This document shows, in pieces, positions 48,501 to 60,500 of a stretch of 64,000 bases of DNA (position 1 is its first letter; each line of letters opens with the position of its first letter). Location: positions 4,340,001 to 4,404,000 of the forward strand of contig OX442314.1 in the NCBI GenBank assembly GCA_949358305.1. Reading direction: 5' to 3'. The notes beneath the pieces are model-generated. The model was given only the letters and a program-made list of their open reading frames with translations, searched no databases and had not been told where the DNA came from. The DNA comes from Strigamia acuminata (Eukaryota). The translations under genes were made by a program, and so were the position numbers.

Positions 48501-51500
48501 AGCTTTTCAACTAATTCGTTACCTGCCAGCGGAATACCAATCGATTGTCCAGGCTATTTACCGGTGGGAGGACGCGAATTTCACGTTGGAGAAAGTGGAA
48601 GCCGAATTGGTCGCCGAAGAAGGGAGATTGGCCCAACAACGAAGAGATTCGGGCCAAGGACCAATAGTGGACGCTTTTAACATGGGTACGAGCGCCACGA
48701 ACACCAAAACCAGCGATAATTCCCAGCAACAAGGCAATACTGGCCAAAATAGTCGTGGTTTTCAAGGCGGACAAAATCGTGGCAAATCGAATTATAGAGG
48801 AATTCGAGGAATTTTCGGGGAAATACGACCGGATCATCACCACGGGGGCCGTGTTTCCGATGCAATCAGCCAGGACATTGGGCGAGGGACTGCACGGCGC
48901 AGCTCGCGTCAAATAACAGCCAGAACACAAATACAGCGGAAGAATTGGACACTAACATGTTCGACGTCGGTTTTCTCACCGAGTTGAGCGAAGAAGAGAT
49001 GTTGCAGTGCAGCGCAGCCAACAACTGTTGGATCTACGACACCGAGGCCACTGGACATTTCTGTAAAGACAGAAACCAATTTTTCAACTTTAAAGAAACA
49101 ACAGGAACTATTAGCCAAGCGGATAAGAAAACTTTGATTCAAATCCAGGGCGTCGGGGACGTCTGCGTGATGAGTTTAGTCGGAAACGAGACAATTCCGA
49201 TTACACTTAAGAAAGTTTATTATGCGCCAGACTTGCGAAGGAATTTGTTGTCGGGACCATGCATTGATGAGGCACGATGCAAAGTCGCCGTTGGCTCAGG
49301 ACTAGTCAAGATATACGATCCTCAGTGGAAAAGGCAATTCATGGAAGGCGTGAAGAAGGATCGTTTATATTACATCAAGCTGAGCGACCAGAAGCCCGAC
49401 TTTGAGAAGTTACGACAGAAAGCAAACAACAAAGCGAATATTGGCGAACAAAAGAAACAAGAGCCAACTAATTCAATAAAGAACACAACAAAGAGCGCAT
49501 CTAATCCAGAGGAAGCGAGACTTTGGCATGAGCGGCTGGGACATTTTTATTTTCCAAGTGTACAAGAGATGAGTAAGCGAGGAGCAGTAATTGGATTGCC
49601 AATTCTCGATGTCCCAATCACGCAATGCGATGTTTGCACGTTAGCAAAGAAGAAAGCAGTCTCACACAAGTCGATACCAGGGATTAGATCAACAGAACCA
49701 CTGCAGCTGTTGCATATGGATGTGTGTGGAGCATTTAGCACACCAACGCTCTCGGGAAACAAATACTTCTTGACTATTACGGACGACTTCTCTCGTTACT
49801 CCACAGTCTATTTAATGAAGAAGAAGGACGAAGTATTTGAAATTTTCCAAAAACATGCGAAACGGATAGAAAGACTGTTAGGAAAATCAATTTTAGCCAT
49901 TCGCACGGATAATGGCATGGAGTTTTGCTCCAACAAGTTCGGACAGTACCTTGAAGAGCAAGGAATCGCCCATGAGATGACGAATGCGTACACGCCCGCC
50001 CAGAACGGCGTTTCCGAGAGACTGAACCAGACATTAGCAAACGGCATGCGTGCGCTCGTTTACGATGCCGGTTTGGAACATCGATTTTGGGGCGAAGCTA
50101 TTCTAACGTTCAACTATTTGAGAAACAGAATCGCAAAGCTCAACTCGGAGAAGACGCCGATGGAGCTTTACTATGGTCGGAAACCATCTTTACGTCACCT
50201 GAGAAAATTCGGAAGTCTTTGCTTTGTGCAAAAAAGAATACGGGATGGAAAGATAGACAACAAGAGTTTGCATGGCATTATGCTCGGATATTCGAGAATC
50301 ACGAAAGGATATCGAGTATGGCTGCCGGAATTTTCGAAGGTTATCGAAACCAGCGACATAAAATTCGTAGAGAGCAGGCGCGGAGTTGAAGGCGTGCTGG
50401 ACTTACCAGAAAAGTATACGACATACATCGATAATTTGGACGACAATTTGGACATTGACAATGAGCGCCAATATTATTCGGATGAAGATATCAGGCCGCC
50501 ACTACCCCCGCCAGTACCCCTTAAGAAGAAGGAGGATCCACAACTGGAATTGCCTCCAGTTAAATTGAAATTTAGAATGCCAGATGAGAAATTGCGACAT
50601 AATTTACCAGAAGTGAAGTTACAGGGCACTTTGCCACAACCCGGACAAGGACTTTTGAATCCAGTTCCAGATATTCCGGCACTCGTTTGGAAGAAAACAG
50701 AGAAAGTCAGACCGACTGGACAGAGGGATGTCGAGTACACGATCGAGGGCTACGACAAACCCAAGTTACGCTCGATACCCGACGTGAAGCGTTACTGCAC
50801 AGAGCACAATCTTCGCGTACCTGAACATCTGTTTGAGGACAAAAGGAAGAAGAAGCCCTCAGAATCCAATACGACAACAGATACTCTTGACCTGGACTTC
50901 GATGATATGAATATCAACTTTGAAGCTAATCATCTAGAAGTCTACGTGCCTGTACGTTATGAAGAAATAGCGACTCTACCCGAAAAGGATGAATGGCACC
51001 AAGCAATGAACGACGAAATTGACACTATGCATGAGCGCGAGGTTTGGGAACTCGTTCCACCACCGCCCAACACTAAGATAGTGGGTTGTAAGTGGATTTA
51101 CACAACCAAACAGAACGAAGAGGGGGAAATCGCACGTTACAAGGCGAGGCTTGTTGCGCAAGGATTTTCTCAAGTCTACGGCGAGTCGTATGAGGAGACA
51201 TTCTCACCCGTAGTAGACTTCTCAATCGTGCGCTTCATGTTCACGCTACTCGTCTGCATGCTAAAGTGGTCGTACATCCAGGCAGACGTCAAATGTGCGT
51301 ACCTCTACGCGAAACTTCATAAGACTGTTTACATGCGTCAGCCGAAAGGTTTCATTTCTAAGGAAAAGGAAAACTATGTCTGCCGACTCCTCCGAGCAAT
51401 ATACGGACTACATCAATCCGGAAGAGAATGGGGCATAGAACTAGAAGAGACTTTATTGAAGTTAGGACTACCGTCTTCCCCCGAATAAAACACCATGGTG

Positions 51501-51773
51501 TTGTATTCGAGTTTCGTTAAAAATCGCAAGTTTGTAAACATTGAGCAAAAATTCGAATATAACACCACTTCAGCTATAACACCATGGTGTTATATTCGAA
51601 TACAACACCATGGCGTTATATTCGAATTTTTAGAAAAATATGAAAGACGTACAGTGTACGCTTCCAAAACGCAACCGAAACATGCACAGGGTTTTACTTA
51701 TTTAACTTACACATTTAACAGGTTTGTTTATTGAAGGTGTGTTGTGCAGTGCTGCGAACAGGGTTGTTTAGAA

Positions 51774-52118
51774 ATGTGTGAATTCAAGTTAGTTAGTGTT
51801 GTTAGAGGCTATCATGTTTACAAATCAATCTGGGAAGCAAAAATTGGAGAGAAATTAGTGTGCTGTTTAGAGGAAACGAATAAACACTGCAAGTTTGCAG
51901 TTGCGGTATTCAAGCCAGATGATTTGAATACTGTTCTGGGTCATGTTCCAAGAGATCAAACTACAAAATTTTATAAGTTTATTAAAAATGGCGGCCATAT
52001 AAGTTGTGAAATAACAGGGAAACGAAAGGGTTCAAACCGTAAAGGGTTAGAATTACCTTGTTGTTATTCATTCTCTGGGACAGAAAAGGCTGTCAAACAA
52101 GTAAAAAACAAATTTTAA
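51774..52118 (+). CDS. HIRAN-like domain protein carried by the transposon
   Basis: VRGYHVYKSIW..GEKL.C..E.TNKH.KFAVAV..LGHVPR..CEITG..GLELPCCYSF fits the HIRAN pattern. AATAAA follows the stop. Confidence 0.75.
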   Translation: MCEFKLVSVVRGYHVYKSIWEAKIGEKLVCCLEETNKHCKFAVAVFKPDDLNTVLGHVPRDQTTKFYKFIKNGGHISCEITGKRKGSNRKGLELPCCYSFSGTEKAVKQVKNKF

Positions 52119-52172
52119 TTCAGTGTGCATGTTTATTAAAAATAAAGTTATAAAATAAATAAAATAAAAAAT

Positions 52173-53882
52173 TTATTGAATCATTTTTATACAGTATTTG
52201 CACTCATTTAGCTTTACTAAAGTGATTGTCTCGTCAGCATTTTCATTTGGAAATGTGATGACATCACCTGTGGTATCGTTTCTTAACTCGATGTTGCATT
52301 TTTCCATAACTGAAGCTGCATATAATTCGGTTTTTCCACCATCACTCGTTTCCTGACGCAAAGTTCCGAAATAATCGTGATCTGTAATATCTTTTAATTC
52401 CTCTAAGTTTTCCATGAACTTGACTAACTTTTCTTTGTATGTCCTCCAGTTGCCATCATTACGACCTTTCTTAAAAAAAAGACACTTGTAGACAGATCCT
52501 GGGTTAGTCTCTGGAACATACCAGTCAGGTGGTTCGTATAAATCAGTAATGTTGCTGTCAGTTAGCTCAACATAATCCGAATACAATTCATTCCAAACTG
52601 TAATATCGAAGCTGGGTTCAAATAAAGCCTTCAATGGCAAATGAAGAATTGAGAGATCAAACTTCTGCTTAGATACCAATCCACAAACAGCAAATGCTTT
52701 TTGAACTTCTTCACAAGTTTTCGTTTTGATCCATTCGATAATCCATTCAGAAACCATCAAGTACGCTGGAACTTTCACATTGCCAGCCTTGGTCTGTAAA
52801 GAGGAATCTTCCAATGCACGACCAAGATATTCGTCGTAGCGAGTTCGATAGAAAGCCTGGAAACTTCTGTTGATTGCAACATCCAAGGGTTGAAGGAGAT
52901 TGGTCAAATTCGGAGGCACTAACATAACAAAAATATTGTATTTCTCCAATTCTTTAGACTCTTCTAATTTAACGTGGGGGCCATAAGAATCGATGATGTA
53001 GAGAATTGGCTCTCTGTAAAATGACGTTTCTGGCCGTACGATAATACTGTCTTTCGTAAATCGAAGTAGAATATCATCATTCCACATTCCCGTCTTGTTT
53101 ACATCAACAAGAATGTCTTTGTGAACAGTCGGTTTGTTTTTTAACCCAGAAAACAGAATATGAGGTCGTAAGAATTTACCGTCACCAGTAATGGCGAATG
53201 TAGCAGTGAAACGTTTATGGGATGTGCCGCCCTTCCGCATGAGCACGTCGCGACTGCCTTTAGTTGTTATAGTAGAGTTAGGTTCCGTTTCGAAATACCG
53301 AGGGACTTGATCCATGTTGATTATGTTTTTTTCTTTGATGTTATGCTTTTCAATAAGAGTATGAACCGATTGTATAAATTTTCTGCTAATATCGTCGGCA
53401 CCAACAGGTAGAGATCTGCTTGAAGTTTGTCGTCTCGACACAAGATTTTTCCGCAATTTAAATCTTGCAACCCAGCCAGAAGAAGCTACGAATTCATCAT
53501 CTTCATCCACGGAACCTTCCTCTTTGTACCGAATGTGTATATTTAGAGCTTTTTGTCGAATATATTGGTCTTTAATCCGGAGCCCTTTTCGATTCTTCTC
53601 CGTAATCCACGAGTGCAATTCCTCTTCTAAGTCGGAATATTTTAAGTTTTGTCCACCTCCATTCAATCGACGAGTTTTACGCGTTTCTATTTCGTTATTT
53701 TCCAACGCAGCCTCAAGTTCTTTTCTTTTATCTACCCAACCTCGAATCGTTTCTCGACTAATTTGGTACTTTTTTGCAAGTGCTGGCACACCTTTGCCGG
53801 GAACACCTTTTTCGTATTCGCGAAGGATATCTAACTTAGCTTTTATCGTGTAACTTTTTCGCTTTGAACCGCTTTTAGACAT
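52173..53882 (-). CDS. pogo-type transposase (N-terminal HTH, CENP-B-type HTH, DD35D domain, OTU-like C-terminal extension)
   Basis: RKSYTIKAKL; LEEELHSWI..FVASSGWVARFKLR; NMDQVP, IIDSY and LQPLD with 35 residues between the second and third Asp. The ORF is intact. Confidence 0.93.
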   Translation of the reverse strand: MSKSGSKRKSYTIKAKLDILREYEKGVPGKGVPALAKKYQISRETIRGWVDKRKELEAALENNEIETRKTRRLNGGGQNLKYSDLEEELHSWITEKNRKGLRIKDQYIRQKALNIHIRYKEEGSVDEDDEFVASSGWVARFKLRKNLVSRRQTSSRSLPVGADDISRKFIQSVHTLIEKHNIKEKNIINMDQVPRYFETEPNSTITTKGSRDVLMRKGGTSHKRFTATFAITGDGKFLRPHILFSGLKNKPTVHKDILVDVNKTGMWNDDILLRFTKDSIIVRPETSFYREPILYIIDSYGPHVKLEESKELEKYNIFVMLVPPNLTNLLQPLDVAINRSFQAFYRTRYDEYLGRALEDSSLQTKAGNVKVPAYLMVSEWIIEWIKTKTCEEVQKAFAVCGLVSKQKFDLSILHLPLKALFEPSFDITVWNELYSDYVELTDSNITDLYEPPDWYVPETNPGSVYKCLFFKKGRNDGNWRTYKEKLVKFMENLEELKDITDHDYFGTLRQETSDGGKTELYAASVMEKCNIELRNDTTGDVITFPNENADETITLVKLNECKYCIKMIQ

Positions 53883-56800
53883 TCTGTATGTTGATACAAA
53901 TTCAAACACGTAGGTAATAAATGAGATGAGATAATTGAACCAAGGATTCGTTCCTACAGGAGACTGGCAATGTTACGTGGTCCTATTGTTTGTATACTGA
54001 TTGTGTTTTGTACCGAACGTGTTTCGTACGTTTGCTGTCAATACAGCACACGTACATTTTTATTTAGTTTATTTTTATTGTTGTTTTATTACTTTAAATA
54101 ATACAAAAAAATAAGAACATTTTTTAATCACAGTCAGAAATACATATTAACAATTTTCCTTTTTTTGCAAAGTTACATGTCAATTGACGAATACAACACC
54201 ATGGTGTTGTATTCGAATACAACACCAGGGTGGTGTTATATTCAAATACAACACCATGGTGTTTTATTCGGGGGAAGACGGTAGAGCATGTAAACTGGTG
54301 CAATTGCGTCTATAAGTATGGAAATATCGCCTATATGATCGTCTACGTCGACGATATTGTAGTTTTTGGAAAACAACATGCAGACGCAATGAACATACTC
54401 AACATGATCGGAACACAGTTTGATCTGGTCATACTTGGACAAACTAAGAAGCTTTTGGGAGTTGAATTTTATCCCTACAAACAACAAATGGTTCTTCATC
54501 AGAAATCCTATGTCAACAAAGTGTTGTTAAAATTCAAGAACCACTTGGACTCTGTAAAGATTCGATCCCAACCAATGACAAAGGCAACTATCCTCACGAA
54601 GCGGGAATGTCCGAGCACGATTGATGAATTTAGAATCATGGAAGCAATTCCCTATCGAAGTTTGCTTGGATGTTTAGCGTTTATCGCATCGAGGACAAGA
54701 CCTGATTTGACGTATGCAGTCAATATCCTAAGCCAATTTCAATCGAACCCAGGATGGGATCACTGGACAGCATTATTGGACCTACTCAGCTATCTGAGAA
54801 CGACGAGAAATTACGGATTAATGTTGTTCCCGAATGATCGGATCGAAGTTATCGGATACAGCGATTCCGACTATGCTAATAACCGGGACGACCGAATCTC
54901 CGTTGGAGGAACCCTAGTAACGCTGGGCAGCACACCTGTTTACTGGAGAACCTTCAAACAGCGGAATGTGACATTGTCGACAATGGAGGCCGAATATGTG
55001 GACCTTACAGAAACTGTTAAGGACTACATTTGGATAGTTCGTGTCTTACACGAGATTATTCCCGAATTGGCGGATAAGTTCTCTCACCGTGTCTTGTGCG
55101 ACAATATTTCAACGGTAGATTTCACGAAGTCTTGCGTTGAAAATCGAAAAACCAAGCATATAGACATCCGATACCATTTTATCAGAGAACTTGTCAAGAA
55201 AGATGGTCTTCAAATCATCCATGTCGGCACAAAGTCTAATTACGCGGATATCTTCACAAAGTCCGTTGATAAGACGGACTTAGTACAATTCTGCAGTCGC
55301 TTTTTGATTGATTTAAGTGTTCTGCGTGTTTGATACAAAGCGAGATAATTCGAGGGGGCCGATTGTTGAGATATCGTGTGTATTTATCACCTATAATGTG
55401 CATATGTTTATACTTGTATCGTATTATCATGTTATCGCATTATGTATCAATGTATTACCTTTTGTGCTTGGCAGTGAAGATAATCACAGCCTTTGTTTAC
55501 ATGTAACTTGTATATGTTGCCTACAGGTGGCTCTGGTGATGTCACAAGTCACATGGTGTATGAATAAACACTCACTTGATGTTTTGCTACTCACCTGTAA
55601 AGATGGACTCTAATTCTTTATCCAGTTGATGTTTTTCCAAACCACTGTTTTTACAACTCACTACAAGTTCTACATGAACATACAACAAAAGTGAACTAAG
55701 TTCGTTTTTTCCGTTCACTTGTAAAAGTGAACTAGTTCCCATTCTTAGTTCGCAAACTAACGAACTCAGTTCGCAAACTAGCGTTCGATACAACACTGGT
55801 TATGCGCCTCGGGATTGGTCGTTAGAACGATTGTTGTTTTGTTAGGCCTAATCTCATTCGTAGTTATTTATAGCCCAAGCTAGTGGTAAATTCTCAATTT
55901 TAAAACATTAAAAAAAAATTTTTATGGACCATATCATTATTTAGAACTCCCCCTCTTCCTTACTAATGACCTGTAATAAAATCTGAAACCCCCTCCCCCC
56001 CTTGGAGCGTTACGTAATTTATGGACGGCCCCAAATTGGCTGGCCAATTTGTCTAATCTAGAACTGCATAAAATCGATCCAAATGTTTCTGCACCAAGTA
56101 TTGACTAAAGTGACAAGCTACTTACCCACAAATTCATCGTGCAAGTCTACATGCGAATTACGAGCCATTACTACCTTTCCATTAGCATGCAGAGTAAAAT
56201 TCACTAACCATATTTCCGTATTCAGCTACCAATGAACCTAGATCGATCATGTGATCTTACCATTGTAAAAATGTCATCTTCAATGAGTACCTGCAAAGCG
56301 TGAATGAAGAAATTGGGTTTTCACTGAAGATGAGGTTGAGATCTCAAATCTTTCTGTGAACAGGCTATAAGGTTAAGTTCGAATTGATTTGAATTGCATT
56401 CTATCCAAAAAAAGTCAAGTTTTTGTCATATTTGGTCACATTTCGATCACATTTTGGTCATTGTTTTATCACATTTTTGTCACGTTTCTATCATGTCCTA
56501 ATCATGTTTCTCTTGTTTATCTTAGCCACCATTTTTTAATGTATATGGTCACTAAATAACCTGAGGTCTAAATGATACACTCTATTTATGTAGATTGTTG
56601 GGTTGCCTAGCATTCCTAGGCAACCTTTTACTTCTTTCGCTAATAAAATACTTCAGTTAACTCCCAATCCTCATTTGTGAAGTGTAAATCATTCTTGGTT
56701 CTTGCATTTAGAACCAAAAACTTGAGTTTCTATCACGTTTTCTTCATGTTTTGTACATAAATTTGGCAGAGAAGTTCAAAAATCTCAAAAAATTGTGTGA

Positions 56801-57543
56801 CGGGATTAATTGAAGCTTCCTTAAATAGACCATCCTTTCCGAAATGGCGAAACTGTAAAATTCAATTAATTTAGTATTTGAAAGTGTTATTTTTTATTAG
56901 TGTTTAAATTGATTTTTATTGATAATGTGTTTTTTGATCTTGTTGAATTAATATTGAGTCAATTTTTAAGTGTTTTCATTAATTGATGTTCAAAGTGTTT
57001 GATTAATTTACAAATAGTAATGTTTTGATCGAGGGTCTTTCCATGAGCCCTCTAGTATCTAAATGAGACGACCAAAATATGACGCCATAAAGTTTAAGGG
57101 CGACCTCTTCGAGTGGGAGGACTTCTGGGGAAAATTCGAAATTAGCATTGACACCAAGCCGAACGTAAAATAAAATTGAGTTTTAGTTATAACGTTCGCC
57201 AAAAATGTAATTGCGGGATGTCAGTTGTCCACCATTTGCCCGCAAAATAACGTCATTTTGCACGTTTTGGCTGGATGGCGCCCGTGCACACACAAGAAAG
57301 AATTGCATTACAGTCTAACAATGAAATTGTGCTAGGTGTGTAGTCCTGTAGTTAATCTTGGGATGACAGCTTGTGGAAGTGCCATGTTGGAATCGGGTAG
57401 GCCTACTTTGAACTTGACTTCTTGTTTTAGCGGGTTGCCATTTTGCTGCATGAATGAGCGAACATCTGGTCATCCTGCAGAGATGCACAGGAAAGAAAAT
57501 GCTGCTTCACGAGGCCATTATTATTTCTACCTTGTTGTATGTT

Positions 57544-60500
57544 TGTGACCGCTTGGCCATCCACGGTGACCTGCATCACTGCCACACACCGCCTTACGGC
57601 CCCAAGGTCGTTCCCTCTTGCGGGTGGACTGACCCAATACGGGGGAGGGAGGGAACTGAGTGGTGTGGTGAGGAAAAGATGTGAGAGGTGAGAGAAAGCA
57701 GCGGCGACCACCAACGAGACAAGACGTGTCCAAGGCGTGACATGAGCAAGGACAACCCTGCCCTGTGCTGACTGCTCTTCTCACCATTCACTACGCCGAA
57801 GCTCAGTAGTATGGCGTGTTCCATACTGCAGCCTCCATGAGTGGCTGCTTGGGTTGTAGGTAAGTTAGACATGAATATTATGTTGAATCAACCACATCAC
57901 CCAAGGGGCTCACGCTCTGTGTGTGATGGGTAAGTTGCCGGTGTGGTGTGCCTAACTGGCACCCCTGCAACAGGTGACGGGATACTCCAACCCCTAGACA
58001 ACAATATTAAAGGCCAACAACCAGCAACATGGAGTCTCTTGTCATTATTGGAGTGTTCTACTCCATTGGTCAACCTTGACCAATTGTATCGTTTCCGGCA
58101 CTTTTACAAGCAGCGCCACCTTTTTGTTAATTTGAATAAAATTAGTTAATTTAGTTTACTATGGCGACATGTTGTCTTTCTTGACCATCTTTTATCAAAA
58201 CATAAGAACACACTAATTGGCAACGAGGAGGATCGCAATCGACAACCCACGACCAGATGCAGTATCGTATCTACTTTTTTGTGAGTTTTGTGAACATTTG
58301 ATGAACTTTTTCGCCGTTTTTGACCGTCGCTGACCACGCCGTCCCCGAAGTAGGCCTAGTCGTTTTGTGCTTCGAATTTTCGCGTTTTTTGTGCCATATT
58401 CCGCCTCCTTGCCATCAAGATGTCGACGTTGAAAGGCACACCTGCGAATACGATTCTAGCGATGACTGGGAACTATATTGCTTGCGAATGGCGAGTATTT
58501 TCGCCTGCAACAAAATAGTTGACGATTTGGAGCAGGTCCACACGCTGCTCTCGTACGTGGGCATGCTGACGTTTAAATTATTGGTGTCGCTTGCAGCACC
58601 CAAAAAGCCAGCTGAACTGAAGTACGCCGAATTGGTAGCGCTCGTGCAGAAGAACGCCCGCCCAAAGCCGCTCACTTTGCCGAAATTCAACGATTCCATC
58701 GGCGCGACCGCCTACCAGGTGAATCGGTTACTGAGTATTCCGTGGTTCTCCAGGAACTCGCCCTGAATTGCGACTTTAAAGATAATAAAGCAGACGAGCT
58801 GCGGAATCGCTTTTTATGTGGCCTGCAAAATGAGCAAGTCCAACAAACGTTGACTTTGAAAACTGGACTGACTTTTAACGATGCAGTTGCCTTTGCAGCT
58901 TCCGCCGAGGTGTCATCGAAGGAATTTTCGACCATTGCTGCCCAAAATACCACCGCCACTCCTGTGCATACAATTCACGAGACGAAACCACAAGACGAAA
59001 CCACGATACGAGTCAAGAAGGCGAGACGGGAAGCGCTTCACAAAGAAAAATGCTGCTTCTCCAGTTCCACACCAACCATCCAGTAAAGGAAATGCGTCCG
59101 GGTGTTCAGCCTGTGGTAAATCGAACCACTCTCGTGATATGTGCCGTTTTCGTGACGCCAAGTGTCATGGCTGTGCAAAGACTGGACATATTCGTCCGGT
59201 GTGTCGTTCCTCCGCTCTGAAGTCGAATTCCACTCACGTTGTTCGCCTTGCTGAGGACATGGACTTCTATCAAGTTCTCACTGGTCCTGCAACTGCAGTT
59301 AATTCTGTGTACTTGCCACGTGTTAAGCCAGTTATGATTACAATTTGTATCGATGGTGTTGATCTCGATATGGAGATGGACACGGGGGCAGGTGCTTCTA
59401 TTATTGCTTTGGATTTGTATTTAAAATATTTTTCTCATTTTCCTTTGCAGACCATTCCGTGCGGCATGTTCATGTTTACGGGCGACCAAATACCGATGGA
59501 GGGAATCATTGAGATGCCAGTCAGGTTTAAAAATCGAAATTTTCAATTGCCACTCTGTGTCGCACGGGATGGTCCAGTTCTGTTGTTGTTCGGTCTCCTT
59601 TCGAAAACTGCTGAAGCGGTCGGCGCGAAAATTTACAAGGCCAATTCCGTTGCACCCCAGTCCGAGGTTTTAGATTCCACTTCCGCTAAAGCTTTGGAAA
59701 CGTTGCTGTTGAAGCACGAGCACACCTTCCGAGACGAAATTGGTTGCTTTAACAAAGCTAAAGTCCACATTGATGTTGACCCGGCAGTACAGCCGATTTT
59801 TTTGAAAGCCTACCCAGTCCCTATTGCAGTTAAGCCATTAGTTGAGGCTGAGTTGGCGCGTTTGCAAGCGCTTGGTATTATAACCCCAGTTGCATCGTCG
59901 CGTTGGGCGACGCCTGTTATGCATGTTAAAAAGTCCGACGGCACCATTAAGTTGGCTGGCTGTTATAATAGGACGATAAATAAGGCTATATTTCCACTCC
60001 CTTTATTTGCAGATGTGACCACAAAATTGTCGGGGGGGGGGGAAACGTATTCTGTACTGGGTATGACGTCAGTTTTCAACCAATTGGAACTAGATGACGA
60101 GAGTAAAATGTTCTGCACGATTAACACTCATTTGGGCCTTTTCAGAGTTAATAGGTTGTTTTATGGTATTTCATCCGCTCCTGCTCTATTCCAACAAACG
60201 ATGGACCAGTTGACTGCCAAGGTGAACAGCACGCAACCATTTATTGATGATTCTGCAGTGACAGGTGTGACTAATCCAGTTCACCTGCAAAATTTGGACG
60301 TTCTCCTGTCAACATTCGGTGGAGCCGGACTCACGTTGAATCGCCGGAAGTGTCGCTTCTTGCAACGGTCGATTCAGTTCTTGGGTTTGAATATTTCTAA
60401 AAATGGTATTTCTCCCATAGATTCCAAGCTCGCTCCACTACGAGATGCTAAGCGCCCCAGCGATGTCTCTTCCTTGAAATCGTTCCTTGGTCTCATCAAC

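Larger units (their letters stand above)
51471..54281 (-). mobile_element. pogo-superfamily (Passer-like, DD35D) DNA transposon with two ORFs (innermost nested layer)
   Basis: About 40-bp TIRs CCGTCTTCCCCCGAATAAAACACCATGGTGTTGTATT, TA target duplication, and subterminal ACACCATGGTGT palindromes. Confidence 0.95.
48052..55333 (+). pseudogene. Copia-2 gag-pol: frameshift at about 48800-48812 and RT split by a DNA transposon
   Basis: The zinc knuckle CFRCNQPGHWARDC (from 48852) is in the pol frame, not the gag frame. WIYDTEAT, TDNGMEF and YKARLVAQGF are present. Joining 51470 to 54284 restores LGL-EHVNW..YVDD and RNase H. Confidence 0.9.
47031..55687 (+). mobile_element. Ty1/copia LTR retrotransposon with MBD-like domain (copia-2; third nested layer)
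   Basis: 324-bp TG...CA LTRs at 47031-47354 and 55364-55687 with one difference seen. TSD AAAGT. PBS GGTTATGGGCCC. PPT GAGGGGG. Confidence 0.97.
46589..55798. mobile_element. hAT-like MITE (second nested layer)
   Basis: TIR CAGTRTTGTATC, 8-bp TSD GTTATGCG, and many subterminal GAACTAGTTC-like motifs. Confidence 0.85.
46417..56032. mobile_element. PIF/Harbinger-like MITE inserted in exon 11 of copy C (outermost nested layer)
   Basis: TIRs AGGGTTGTCCATAAATTACGTAA and TTACGTAATTTATGGACGGCCCC with 3-bp TSD AAA. Removing it restores HKLAGQFV*, matching HNLAGRFCK* of the paralogs. Confidence 0.85.
30810..56056 (+). pseudogene. DEG/ENaC tandem two-subunit gene, copy C (exons 30810-31271, 31338-31410, 31664-31755, 31826-31919, 31978-32084, 32273-33063, 33118-33202, 42372-42454, 42748-42843, 44229-44338, 46056-46416 plus 56036-56056)
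   Basis: All 11 exons found. Lesions: +1 A in exon 4 (94 nt against 93 in A and B, about 31875), a 2-nt deletion in exon 6 (about 32729), and a 9.6-kb nested insertion in exon 11. The small indels could be assembly errors. Confidence 0.8.

Noticed and set aside
48798..48812. Programmed gag-pol frameshift in copia-2
   Set aside because: The shift lies before the zinc knuckle, copia elements normally have one ORF, and no clear slippery heptamer is present. A 1-nt deletion is more likely.
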